A stretch of 64,000 nucleotides of DNA from an uncultured virus (IMG/VR IMGVR_UViG_3300038828_000071) (lineage: Duplodnaviria > Heunggongvirae > Uroviricota > Caudoviricetes): positions 1 through 64,000 of IMG/VR virus record IMGVR_UViG_3300038828_000071, one strand, 5' to 3'. Of the stretch, positions 37,401 to 47,600 are shown piece by piece; the stretch's first letter is position 1; the number at the start of each line of letters is the position of its first letter. The notes beneath the pieces were generated by a model. The model made no database searches, was not told the origin of the DNA, and saw nothing but the letters and a program-made list of their open reading frames with translations. The position numbers and the translations under genes were made by a program.

Positions 37401-39073
37401 TAAATTCAGTACGAGCAAAAGGTAAAAGCACAGTAATGATTAAATCAGATACTGATTTATTTACAAATAATTTTACTTCTTATTTTCCAAATACAATTAA
37501 AGTAAACCCCAGTATTAGTCAGGGTTATAATGATTTTAATGTAAGCACTAATCATGCTATAATCAATATTTATAGAAATAATGATGCAAGTGTTTATGGA
37601 GGAAAATCAGAAGAAGCTTTTTCTAATAATATTATCATTCCATTAGGTAATCTGATGCCTGTTCACCAATCAAGTAATGCTGCACAAGTATCAATAGAAG
37701 ATGGAGATACTTATACAACATTATTCATTAGAACAAAGACCGGCCATAGTACAAGTGAGTATAGAGAAAGTGATAGAGTTTTTAATGGCGGTACAAATTG
37801 CTCTAATATGGGCGATAATAATATTTATGAATACAAAAGATTACAAGGTGGATGGGTTTATGCTGTAGTATTAGAAACTATGTTAGAGCCTAAACTATCT
37901 TATGATGCAAGAACAGATCTTGGTGAAAAACTTTCTTTTGATATTGATTCTGGCGATAATATTATTTCTGGTTATCTACAACAAAGAAATTTGAAAACAT
38001 CAAAAAGTAAACCATTTAGATTTACTGATGATCCAGAAATGGAAAACATTGTTGCTATTTCAAAAACAAAATTATATGGAGATTATTATGATGCCTGGAG
38101 TGAATTTTTATCAAATGAATTTCATGAATTAGATAAGGATAAAGGTCCAATTACAAATTTAATTATTAATGCCGACAATTTATACGCTATTCAAGCAAAA
38201 GGAGTTGCTTATATCGGAGTTAATGAAAAGAACATTGTACAAACCGACAAAGGAGAATTTACAATCAATTCAGGTAACGGCACTTCTATAAGCGCTCATA
38301 AATACGTATCTGATTTTGGAACATCAATCAGAAGAAATGTAATTTCAAATTTGTTTGGATTTACTTTTTATGATGAAAATAAAAATGAATTAATAAAGGA
38401 TTTAAAACCTTTATTTATTGAAAATAATAATTCATTAGTAATATCAGAATTATTTGAAAATGATAAAGTAATAGATGCCGAAATATACTTTGACTTTAAA
38501 TATAAGGAAACAAACATTCGATTAGTAACACAAAATGGTAAAGTTTATTTAATTTCTTATAATGAATTATTGAAAGTATTCAATGGTAATTATGAATATG
38601 ATCATGACGTTTATATGGAGTTTAAAGAAAAAATACTTGCTCCAAAAAAACAATTATCATCCGGTGAATTAATCAATAAAGATTTAATGTCTTTAAATGA
38701 TGGAAATGTTTTAAATATAGATGATAATTTAAAGTCTGTATCAATAGGTTTTGTTTGCGCTATTCAATCCGATTTCAATAAGATATACAAAACTATAGAG
38801 TTGATTACAAATATTGATTACAGAGTCAATTTTGTAAAAATAACTACTAATTTAAACGAGGAAAGAATTATATCTGGAGATCATTTTTGGTATAAAATTA
38901 GAGAAGGTAAGCATTCTATTCCTTTAAAAAATCAAATGATTCAATTTGATATTGATGAATACAAAGACATGAGAGGATCATGGGCATATATTGAAATTAA
39001 TGTTTCAAGCCAATCCAATAAAAAAATAGATATCTTTGCAGTAGATGTTCAACTTCGTAAATCATATAGTTAA
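34430..39073 (+). CDS. tail stabilisation / muzzle protein (P22 gp10-like)
   Basis: 1547 aa; F.KGL..D start, IYYTD..NP.R, Y.YRL....G..T.FSP.S, F..NEIYR, S.TK..G...D.W..F, D.MRG.W; crAss-like synteny. Confidence 0.75.
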   Translation: MNFNALHTFVKGLQGDFVNNAETNETFQKGVNGRLVSKNGMLSFSSIQGNKKVYENENIIKYLGYEAFIDELIIFVKLKCDQNEIISTETITEDIVTIDNIPNAEIVDGEFNFQFTDVEVTESQIEYEQIVNNNTIGECEVSIESFDPSNLYSINNNVPNLLACNQVDTSIPINNQDYCDAIFSLKYDALNQLQSTLIWKGYQNWDINSKIVCLGIKETQNIKSIYYTDFLNPFRKVNIKNTGTVTQNADDFSLFQNTPLINPKFIEYIDGSLFGMSVFYTYRLIAKNGQLTEFSPLSNAVIIPKKYTNDEFEGSEPEEITSFGVKIKCEILNTNNYIEVEAYAIEYQAKDVPTAIRKLGTKNINGVVEFNHTGNEEEYSNSTTIIDLLNNKSNWQYCSALEHKDNMLIVGGIRNNPISKIEDELRSDFKLKAWDQYSNTFEGCQYNPDPKLYKYIFPGFTEKLKLTKEIHYKSIRVYGNYNVKLKNSLYEISLNVINSNNYNENITSIKNWLIEQSLTNDFQTLFSNLKISFVDGVLVFGRIDENILTDLNDYEFTFSTLQVQIDSEYVYDFNSNTPTGQKVNGAISYGFNSGNGIRISFTTEDEKVLKKATETYEGNDKIFNLYLPNLKKGFFKNEIYRLFIEFKTNQEKLFAIPLGDICIPKTDEIISFIDEDGNAVITTNKYVNQFTINNDLYVQKIKIKIEVRLNCKFKKDIKTYQLMYVERTEDNRTILAQGISAPLMKFQRTSKYLNYFFNKEETLVDHWLLPYAGGPAYELSGFQQYDENGNSYDEELWSGDSTSSEGIEVARKRVIYSRNLMYFDAPDIIFGGVSSRYVSGSKLSLIGIVSTDEENSIISKSGRTINNVITNEVINLETYPKFSRKIYWEKTSLNENLPYPRIAHTDFQDYWNNASVFSNIKYLDAIHSVNSNIELNPGEVTYKDELNLSHNIANNAMYTPMNQSWFYGRAQRCFSQLGGDCDDEFKYKVIINSVRAKGKSTVMIKSDTDLFTNNFTSYFPNTIKVNPSISQGYNDFNVSTNHAIINIYRNNDASVYGGKSEEAFSNNIIIPLGNLMPVHQSSNAAQVSIEDGDTYTTLFIRTKTGHSTSEYRESDRVFNGGTNCSNMGDNNIYEYKRLQGGWVYAVVLETMLEPKLSYDARTDLGEKLSFDIDSGDNIISGYLQQRNLKTSKSKPFRFTDDPEMENIVAISKTKLYGDYYDAWSEFLSNEFHELDKDKGPITNLIINADNLYAIQAKGVAYIGVNEKNIVQTDKGEFTINSGNGTSISAHKYVSDFGTSIRRNVISNLFGFTFYDENKNELIKDLKPLFIENNNSLVISELFENDKVIDAEIYFDFKYKETNIRLVTQNGKVYLISYNELLKVFNGNYEYDHDVYMEFKEKILAPKKQLSSGELINKDLMSLNDGNVLNIDDNLKSVSIGFVCAIQSDFNKIYKTIELITNIDYRVNFVKITTNLNEERIISGDHFWYKIREGKHSIPLKNQMIQFDIDEYKDMRGSWAYIEINVSSQSNKKIDIFAVDVQLRKSYS

Positions 39074-39661
39074 ATGGCATATGACAAATATAACACCGAT
39101 TATTTACCACCTTTTGTAAGGTATCAAAAACCGGAATGGTTAGATTTTGATGTTTCGACGCCTAAAACCGTTGAACCTTTAAAAGCTAAAACATCAGGTA
39201 TTGATGAAAGTATTTTTAAAACTACTCCAAAAGAAAATTTAAACACACAAATTTCCGGTCAAGAACCGGTTGAAAAATCAGAAATTGGAAAAAATGCTCT
39301 CAACAATATAGATGGCATTATTGATTTTGGAGTAACTGCATATAGCTCTATGAATGGTGTCGCTTCGTCTAAAAAAGAGAATACAGCAAACACTATTAAA
39401 ATGACTTCTAAAGGTGCTGAACTTGGAATGACAGTTGGTGGACCAATTGGAGCAGGAATAGGTGCTGTTGTTGGATTAGGAGCTGGATTAATTGATGGAG
39501 CTCATGATTCAAAAATTAGATACCAAAGGATGCTAAAAGACAATGCTCTTAAATTTGATAATGCTATTAAAAGCGAGGACAATCAGCTTAAAATAGCTTC
39601 AGGAGAAAAACTATCTATTGCAGATCAAGCAACATATAACAAGCAAAAAAGATTTATATAA
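39074..39661 (+). CDS. virion cargo/ejection protein with glycine-zipper segment
   Basis: GAELGMTVGGPIGAGIGAVVGLGAG. Confidence 0.65.
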   Translation: MAYDKYNTDYLPPFVRYQKPEWLDFDVSTPKTVEPLKAKTSGIDESIFKTTPKENLNTQISGQEPVEKSEIGKNALNNIDGIIDFGVTAYSSMNGVASSKKENTANTIKMTSKGAELGMTVGGPIGAGIGAVVGLGAGLIDGAHDSKIRYQRMLKDNALKFDNAIKSEDNQLKIASGEKLSIADQATYNKQKRFI

Positions 39662-42543
39662 TGGATCCAATTACGAAAAATAGTCTTGACTTAAAGCGCC
39701 TAAAAGAATTATTTAAAATAAGACTTCAAGCGACTGAAAGTGCCAATTATAAAGCTTTTAACGATAATGCTGATGATAAAGGTCGTAAAACTTATGCAAT
39801 CGGTAGGTATCAATATTTACCAACATTGCATGGTAAGAGTATTATTGAAATGGCTAAAGAGTTTTATGGTCCTGATTATAAAAATAAAATATCAAAAGGA
39901 GCTCTTGCAAATAATAAGACAACTAAAAAAGAAGATTGGCAGTGGTTTCTTAATGATCCTACTTTCCAAGAACATGTATTTGATAAAAAGTTTGATTCAT
40001 TTATAATAGATGATGTTATTAAAATAGCTAATACTGAAAACCTTAAAATTCAATTTGACAGCCTTGATGAAATTGCTCAAATAGTTCACTATCGTGGTGG
40101 CGCCGGAGCTAAAGATTATTATATAAATGGAAATACAAAAGTCGAAAGCAATAACATGGCTTTTGATAGTTATAAAAATAAAGGTAAGAATGCTATTATT
40201 GCATCAGGTAAAACACCATATTCTGTAAGTCAAACCATTCCTTATCAAAACAAATTAAAACTTGCTAAAGAATACAAAAAACAAGTAGAAGAAATAAATA
40301 AAAATGAAGATTATGACTTCGATTATAAAAAAGCATTAATTGAAGATTTACAAAACAAATACACAAAGAATGAAAAAGAAAGTATAAATGAAGTTATTCA
40401 AAATAGATATTCTTTGGAAGGATTTGAAACATCTAAAGAAAGAATTGATGCCTATGTAGCTATAAAAGAATTCATGAGAGATAATAATATGTCTTATGAT
40501 GATATTCAGAAGAAAACTGTTTGGGACACTAAAGTACCACAAGAAATTAAAGACCAATGGAAAAACGCTTGGGGTAGAGATATGTTAGCAAAAAACTCAA
40601 AAGGAGTTTATGAATCATATTTAAGAGCTGTTGAAAAAGGTGGAAATGTGGAATGGAACGATGGTAAAAAAGTATATTTACCATCTGTTAATGAATTAGC
40701 AGAAGATTTATATGGGCTTGATGAAAATGGAAAAAGATATGATATTGTTAAATCTTTTTCTTTTGAACCATATAATGAAAAAAGTAATACAAAAAATCTT
40801 CAAAAAGAATATAGAGATGCAAAATTAGCTAATGGTAATAGTGAAGTATCTACATATTTACAACATCTTATTGTTCCTGAAGGTCAACAAGAAAGCTATG
40901 TACTTGAAAATAAAAAAGAAATTTTTAAAAAAGAACAAGATAAAACCAAAAATTGGCTTAATAATCATTATGATCAAAATAGAACATTGTCATTAATAGA
41001 GAATCCACAAGAGGAAGTTGTAACTCCACCTGATGATAAAGAAAATGATTATAAAGGTAATGGCAATGGAAACGGTAATGGTAATAGTAATGGTAATTCA
41101 AATAATCAAAATGTTCAAGTTTCTAATGATAAAAAGAGTGATGAAGATTTAAAAAATGAATCATTATTAAACGATGTAAATAAATGGCAAAACTTTTATG
41201 GTAATATGGAAACTGGAGAACCCGGTGCCGCATATGATAAAAATAATTTCAAAAAAGAAATTCCTTTTGAAGCATTAACCGGTTTAGCAGTTGCATTAAA
41301 TGGTAAATCAAAAGTAGATACAAAAGTTCCATTACATGATGAACAAATTGGAATTGGTTTTCTTAATTATATTGCTGATTTAAAAAAAATCAGCGATACT
41401 GGATTACCACCAGAAGTTGAAGCGGCATCAAAACAAAAATTAAATGAAGCTTATAAATTAGCACAGGATAACATAGTTAAAGCATCTGCCGGAAATCGTA
41501 ATCTTGTGCTTGGAAATCAAGCTCCATTAGAAGCTGCAAAAATGCAAGGATTGATTGAACTTCAACTTGCAGATTATGAGGCAAAGGATAAAGCATTTTC
41601 TGCTTACGGGGAAGCTATGAAATATGTTTCTGAATTTGAAAATAATAAAGAACATCAGAATACTGTACTGCAACAACAAATGGCATTACAAAAAAGACAA
41701 GAAGGACAAGAAGAAATGAATGCCGGTTTAGCATATATTACACAAGTATTTAAAGATTATAAAGACAATGCTCCGGGAAGTTTTAAACACCAATTACAAT
41801 CAAGTTATCTTCAAGAGATATATCGTTTTGATCCAAACATGAAAGATAATGGAAATGGTGATACTCCAGGAACAAAATCATATCATGAAAAACAAAGACA
41901 AAATTTAAAGCAAAGAAGAGACAATGCAAATTCTATTTCTAAAACATTGTCATTATTAACAGATGAGGAAAAGATTAAAATGAGCCCTGCAATCAACCAA
42001 GTATTAAATTACTATGTTGATGATTTAGGAAAGGCTAATACCGTCTTAGAAACTCTTATTCCATCGATTAAAGATAGAACAATTAGTCAAGGCGATGTTT
42101 CTAAATTTATACAAACAGGATATAAGGGTTATTTAACAAAAGATGACTATTCAGTAGATGAACAAGGTGTTTTAAAATTAAATGGGGCGGAAGCTCAAAA
42201 AAGATTCTTTGATGATGAAATGTTTTTTGGTAAAAATGATACCAATAATACTTTTCAGGAAACTCAAAATCTTGTTAATTTACTTAGTGAAGAAGATACT
42301 AAATATAGTAAGTCAAGTGGAAACGCTTCATATAGTGATGAAATAGATAAAGACAAAAAATTAAAAATAACAGAATTGTTTACATCAGGAAAATACAATA
42401 ACCAAACTATGGTTCCTCAAAGTAATCCCGAAGGAGAAAGTAAAGTATTACAATGGGTTTCTGCTGAAAAAGTAAAAAATCCTAATTTTGATTCTGAACT
42501 ATTCCTTAGCGAATATTATAAACAAAACCCTAAGACTAATTAG
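39661..42543 (+). CDS. virion cargo protein with N-terminal lysozyme-like domain
   Basis: ES.NY.A.N...A.GRYQYL...P..QE. Confidence 0.65.
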   Translation: MDPITKNSLDLKRLKELFKIRLQATESANYKAFNDNADDKGRKTYAIGRYQYLPTLHGKSIIEMAKEFYGPDYKNKISKGALANNKTTKKEDWQWFLNDPTFQEHVFDKKFDSFIIDDVIKIANTENLKIQFDSLDEIAQIVHYRGGAGAKDYYINGNTKVESNNMAFDSYKNKGKNAIIASGKTPYSVSQTIPYQNKLKLAKEYKKQVEEINKNEDYDFDYKKALIEDLQNKYTKNEKESINEVIQNRYSLEGFETSKERIDAYVAIKEFMRDNNMSYDDIQKKTVWDTKVPQEIKDQWKNAWGRDMLAKNSKGVYESYLRAVEKGGNVEWNDGKKVYLPSVNELAEDLYGLDENGKRYDIVKSFSFEPYNEKSNTKNLQKEYRDAKLANGNSEVSTYLQHLIVPEGQQESYVLENKKEIFKKEQDKTKNWLNNHYDQNRTLSLIENPQEEVVTPPDDKENDYKGNGNGNGNGNSNGNSNNQNVQVSNDKKSDEDLKNESLLNDVNKWQNFYGNMETGEPGAAYDKNNFKKEIPFEALTGLAVALNGKSKVDTKVPLHDEQIGIGFLNYIADLKKISDTGLPPEVEAASKQKLNEAYKLAQDNIVKASAGNRNLVLGNQAPLEAAKMQGLIELQLADYEAKDKAFSAYGEAMKYVSEFENNKEHQNTVLQQQMALQKRQEGQEEMNAGLAYITQVFKDYKDNAPGSFKHQLQSSYLQEIYRFDPNMKDNGNGDTPGTKSYHEKQRQNLKQRRDNANSISKTLSLLTDEEKIKMSPAINQVLNYYVDDLGKANTVLETLIPSIKDRTISQGDVSKFIQTGYKGYLTKDDYSVDEQGVLKLNGAEAQKRFFDDEMFFGKNDTNNTFQETQNLVNLLSEEDTKYSKSSGNASYSDEIDKDKKLKITELFTSGKYNNQTMVPQSNPEGESKVLQWVSAEKVKNPNFDSELFLSEYYKQNPKTN

Positions 42544-42545
42544 AT

Positions 42546-44534
42546 ATGGCATCACTTATAGGCTTATTAGGTCAACAAAATGACAATATGCAACGCGAGA
42601 ATGTACAAATGCAATATCTCGCGCAGCTAAAAGCGGATTCCGATAAAAAGAAAGAAGATTCAGTTAAAATGCAATTAGCTGAACAATCTTTTTATGATAA
42701 TCTAAACAAACAAGCTGAGGAATTATTGCCATATGACAAAGCTAAAATACAAGAAAAATCAAAGTTTCTACAAAGACAAGTAAGAGAACAAATAAAAGCC
42801 TATGGCGGTTCTCGCACAGAGTTTATGAATAATGGTGGCGCTTCTTTAATGGGACAATACATGAATAACTTAACAGGAAGCGAAGAGTTTGCTACATTCA
42901 AAGAAAATAAAAAAAACATGACAATGTTGCTTGCGGCTTTATCAAGTCCAGAAACAGCTCATTTAGTAACTCAAAAAGACATTAATTCATTAAAATCATA
43001 TAACAATAATAAAGGTGGTAAGATTAGTTATTCAGGATTACTACCAGAATTAAAAATGCCGGATGCTCAAGCATATGATTATGGAACCAAAATACCTGAT
43101 AATGATATAATCTTTAATGAAAATAATTACAATGCCTTAAAAGCAAGAATGATTATTGAAGAATTTTATGTTGGTGATCCAAGTAAAATAACTCCCGAAC
43201 AAGTAAAAGCTTATTTCAATACATTAGGCGTTTCCTCAAATGGACAAAACGTTGAAAAAATTAAACAGCAATATGAATATAATAAAGCAGAAATGCAAGA
43301 AAAATATAAGTTTGCTACCAAACAATTAGAAACTTCTGGTAAAGAAGAAACAGAAGATTCTAATTATAATATCATAACGGATTTAGTTTCTGCAAAAGAA
43401 AATATATCTACAAGCGGTATCAATATAAGCGACATATACAATGTTTATGAACAAGGTGGAGATATTAATAAGCTCTTAGCAGAAAAATCAAATACGGACC
43501 AATTAAACAGTGTTACAAGTGAAATTAATTTTGATGCTCCATATATCGCTTTAGATGAAACTGGTTTTGATTTGAATTTTGATAAAGTTTATGAAGGTAG
43601 AAGATATAAAATAGCCGGTGGTAGAACTATTACCACAAACGTAACACAAGGAGTTGTTAGTCAAATGGCGGGTGGTTATAAAATTAATGAATTAGGAACT
43701 ATTACCTATGATCCTGGTAAATCATCAACAGCTTATCGATTTGATGGAGTTAAGTTATCAGGTAAAAGAATGCTTGAAGCAAATGAAATAAATGGTGAAT
43801 ATAGACCTATTGCCATGGTGGCCGGTTATACCGGTAAAACAACCGATGGAAATAGAAACGGTCAGGAAAATGGAACAGAATCTATTATTACCGTTAAATT
43901 AGATAAACATGGAAATCCAGATAAAGAATTTATTAAAAATTCTAAATCAGGATATAAAAATGGTTCTACCGAATTAAAATACTTTGTAGCTTTAAAAAAT
44001 GAAGAAACAGGCGCCGTATTTTATGAAGAAATAGATGTTGATAATGCATCTGTTCAAGAAGCTTTAGGTAATGAATTAAAAGAAATGAATTATTCTAAAA
44101 CAGCAAAATCACAAAAATCAAAACAAAAAGAAAAAGATGCAATAATGCAATATCAACAACAAAGAGTTCAATATTTAAAACAACAAACAAATGCTTTAGA
44201 TCAAACTGTATTTAATAATTCAAGTTTTACCGGTAATGTAAAACAATATGTAAATCCAGGAACCGGTAACTATGGTTCGAGAGCAAAACTATTAAAAACA
44301 ATGCTTATTGCTTCTGGTCATGATCAAAATGATTTACAGAATTATTTAGGCACCATTATAATGGGTGGTGGTATTTCAATACTACTTGCTAAAACAGAAG
44401 GCAAATTACAATCATGGAAAGGTAGTAATGAAGAATTTGTTGATCAATGGCTCATAGACCATAATAGAGGTCAAGATGAAGCTTCTATTCAAGAAAATAA
44501 AATAATGGCGGATATATGGAAAAGCCTATTATAA
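42546..44534 (+). CDS. virion cargo/ejection protein
   Basis: Q-rich helical N-terminus; between cargo and RNAP genes. Confidence 0.55.
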   Translation: MASLIGLLGQQNDNMQRENVQMQYLAQLKADSDKKKEDSVKMQLAEQSFYDNLNKQAEELLPYDKAKIQEKSKFLQRQVREQIKAYGGSRTEFMNNGGASLMGQYMNNLTGSEEFATFKENKKNMTMLLAALSSPETAHLVTQKDINSLKSYNNNKGGKISYSGLLPELKMPDAQAYDYGTKIPDNDIIFNENNYNALKARMIIEEFYVGDPSKITPEQVKAYFNTLGVSSNGQNVEKIKQQYEYNKAEMQEKYKFATKQLETSGKEETEDSNYNIITDLVSAKENISTSGINISDIYNVYEQGGDINKLLAEKSNTDQLNSVTSEINFDAPYIALDETGFDLNFDKVYEGRRYKIAGGRTITTNVTQGVVSQMAGGYKINELGTITYDPGKSSTAYRFDGVKLSGKRMLEANEINGEYRPIAMVAGYTGKTTDGNRNGQENGTESIITVKLDKHGNPDKEFIKNSKSGYKNGSTELKYFVALKNEETGAVFYEEIDVDNASVQEALGNELKEMNYSKTAKSQKSKQKEKDAIMQYQQQRVQYLKQQTNALDQTVFNNSSFTGNVKQYVNPGTGNYGSRAKLLKTMLIASGHDQNDLQNYLGTIIMGGGISILLAKTEGKLQSWKGSNEEFVDQWLIDHNRGQDEASIQENKIMADIWKSLL

Positions 44535-44556
44535 TTATTTGACATAAAACAATATA

Positions 44557-44592
44557 AAACCCAATAACTTAAATCTATTGGGTTTTTTTTTT
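44557..44592 (+). terminator. intrinsic terminator abutting TAATTTTG -7 element (44592-44599)
   Basis: aaaacccaata-acttaaatc-tattgggtttttttttt. Confidence 0.7.
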
Positions 44593-44616
44593 AATTTTGC
44601 TTTAAAATTATTCACA

Positions 44617-47600
44617 ATGCCAAGCTACAAAGATTTAATCAAACAGTTTACCGAAGAAGGTTCAAAACAAAATCCAGATTCACCTCAAAATCCACAAGAC
44701 GTAAATTTTGACGTTTTATATGATGAAAATTTTAATCATAGAAAAATAGATGTTACTGCTGCCGGAAACGAAGAAGATATAAGAAAAAGAGCGTCTCAAA
44801 TGGAAGCTGAACGATCTGTTCCATTATCATATAAAGCATCTCAAATAGAAGCCGTAGCAGATAACCAAAGTTTTTCACCTGAATTTTATGATGCAGGATT
44901 TTTTGAAACCTTTGGAAGAAGTATGGCAAAAGGATTAGGTGATCACGTAATTAAAGGAACCGGTGATATGTTANNNNNNNNNNCAAATTTAATTGGCGGT
45001 GATATGTCCGATGATGGTACTGTAGTATCAAGAGCATTACAAGAATGGGGAACAAAAATAAAAGACAATAATGAAGTTTTTATTCCTGATGAATTAAAAC
45101 CTGAAAACATCACTTGGAAAGCGTTTTTTAATCCTGATGCTTGGTCAATACATTTTGCTGAATATATTCCTCAAATAGCCCAATTTATTATGGGTGGAGA
45201 AATTGCATCTGTTGCTACTAAAGGATTAGCAAAAGCCGGCGGTAAAATGTTCCTTGAAAAAGCTATTGCTAAAAAAGGACTTCAAATGCTTAAATCACCA
45301 ATTACGGGAGAAATGGTTGCCGAAGCTGGTTCAGGAATTGGTTTAATTGGAAAAGCTTTTACATCTGCCGGAGAACTTACTGAAGCTGGTGCTTTTTGGT
45401 CCGGCACGATAGGAGCCGGCGTAGTTAACAATTTTGCAAGTGGATTATTAAATGCATCTCAATTTGTAAATCAATATAGAGGTAAAGGAGTATATACAGA
45501 TGAACAATTACAAGAAATGGCAGTTGATATAATGCAAAGAAATGCTTTATGGATGCCAGTGGAAATGGCTTCATGGGGATTAACTTATGCCGGTGGATGG
45601 AAAGGTGTTGGAAATGCATTTAGAGCCACAAAACCCATTATGAAACCCGGAGAAGAAATTGCTAAAGGTATGTTTAGCAACTTTGCTAAAACTACATCTA
45701 AATACATTAAACCTTTAGCATTACCTTCAAAAATTGCATTTGAGGGAGTTGAAGAAAGTTTACAAGAAACATTTGAAGATTGGACTCAAATTAAAGCTGA
45801 AGAAATGCAAACCGGCTATAATAAATATACAAGTTATATGGATTATTATATGTCCGATGATTCAAGAGCAACAAGAATTATATCTGCAATGGCTGGTGTT
45901 GGTGGTGGTGCATTTGGTAATATTAGAGCAGCAATTAATCAAAGTGCTGATGAAAACTTTGATATATTAAATGAAACATTAATGCTACAAAATCAAATAG
46001 ATAGTGGATTTGATGAAGGAGTTGAAATGCAAAAAACACATAGGTCTAATAAATTAATGAGATTAGCATTTAATGAAAGAAATGATATTGCCGGTGGTTT
46101 TATACAAAACTCTTTAGATAAAAATTTAATAAGCCAAGAAGAAGCTGATGATTTGACTGATGAATATAATGGTTATGTTGAAGCGCAAAGCAAAGGAAAA
46201 ACTCTCGGTCTTAATGTAAATGGTCTTTATAAATTCATGGAATCTAAAAAGATTATCCATGATACTAAAAGACGTATTAAAGATGCTCAAGAAAACTTTA
46301 AGATTAAAAATCAAGCGATGCTTGAAGAACCCGGATTGTCTGTTGATGAAAAACTTATTTTAGAAAAAAAACAAGAAGAAGAATTAAAAATATATCTAAC
46401 AGAACAATTGAAACATATTGCTTTTGCTGAAACTAACATAGGTAATATTCTACAAGGTAAAAAAGCAGAAATTAGTCAAGTTAATTCAACTGTTTCAGAT
46501 TACTTCATAAAAAATGAAGGTAGAAAATTTGGAGAACAAGAAGTAATTGAAACACAAGTTCAAGGATTGTCTGATGAAGATTATAATGATTCATATGTAA
46601 AAACTGATGAAGAAATATTTGCTAAAAATAAAAAGGCTTTAGAGCCTAAAAAAATAACTTTAAAAGGTAGAGCTTTAGATTTATTTGATAAATTGAAAGA
46701 CAGCACTTTTAATAAATTATTTAAAAAGGATTCTCAACCAGAACAAAATATACCTGCAGAAAAACAAAAAAATGTTATTGTAACTCCAGATGAAGCTTTT
46801 AGTAAAGATAAGGCTTTTTCTGATTTTGTAAAAAAATCCAATGAGGATGATTTTAATAATTTTGCTAAATTGGAAGATGATATGAAGCAAAGTTATTTCT
46901 CTAATTACAATAAGCAAAACAATATGGAACCAAACAAAGGTTCTAATGTAAATTCTAATCCTGATAATGAAAAGGAATTATTAGATAGGAAAGATGTTTT
47001 AGAAAAAGAGCTTGAAAGTATTAGCGATGATAATAATCCGCGTATTGAAGAAATTGATAAAGAATTGACAGAGATTGAAACAAAATTAAAACCTGTTGAA
47101 ACAAAAAATAAAACAGTAGAACCAAAATCTGTTTCTGCCAATTCTAATATAGAAATTGATGAATTAGAATCGTCTGAAATTACTGATACGTTAGAAGCGG
47201 TTGATATTGCTACCGGAAGAAAAAAAGCAAAATTAAGTCAATTAAAATCTGTTGCTAAGTTTTTAAATGAAAATCCAATAGAGGAAATTCGTAAAAAAAA
47301 CAAACCAACAGAAAAAGAAAATATTGCTAAAATTATTTATAAAAAGTATAAAAAAGAAATTGATGATTTAATTGATCAACAAGAGCTTACCGAACAAGAA
47401 AAGAAAATAGTAGAAAGAAAAAGTTCTACTAAAGAAAAATTGTCCGATAATAAAAACAATATAGATGATGTTGTTTTTGATAAAAATAAATCTACAGATG
47501 ATGATTTAATGGAGAGTTATGAAGAAAAGAAAACTAAAGAAAAGAAAACTAAAGGAATGAAACAAAAATCAGATACAGATGATGATGTATCAATTCCTAC

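Noticed and set aside
44578..44616. Upstream TTG start for the giant ORF
   Set aside because: Lies within the terminator hairpin; ATG at 44617 is more plausible
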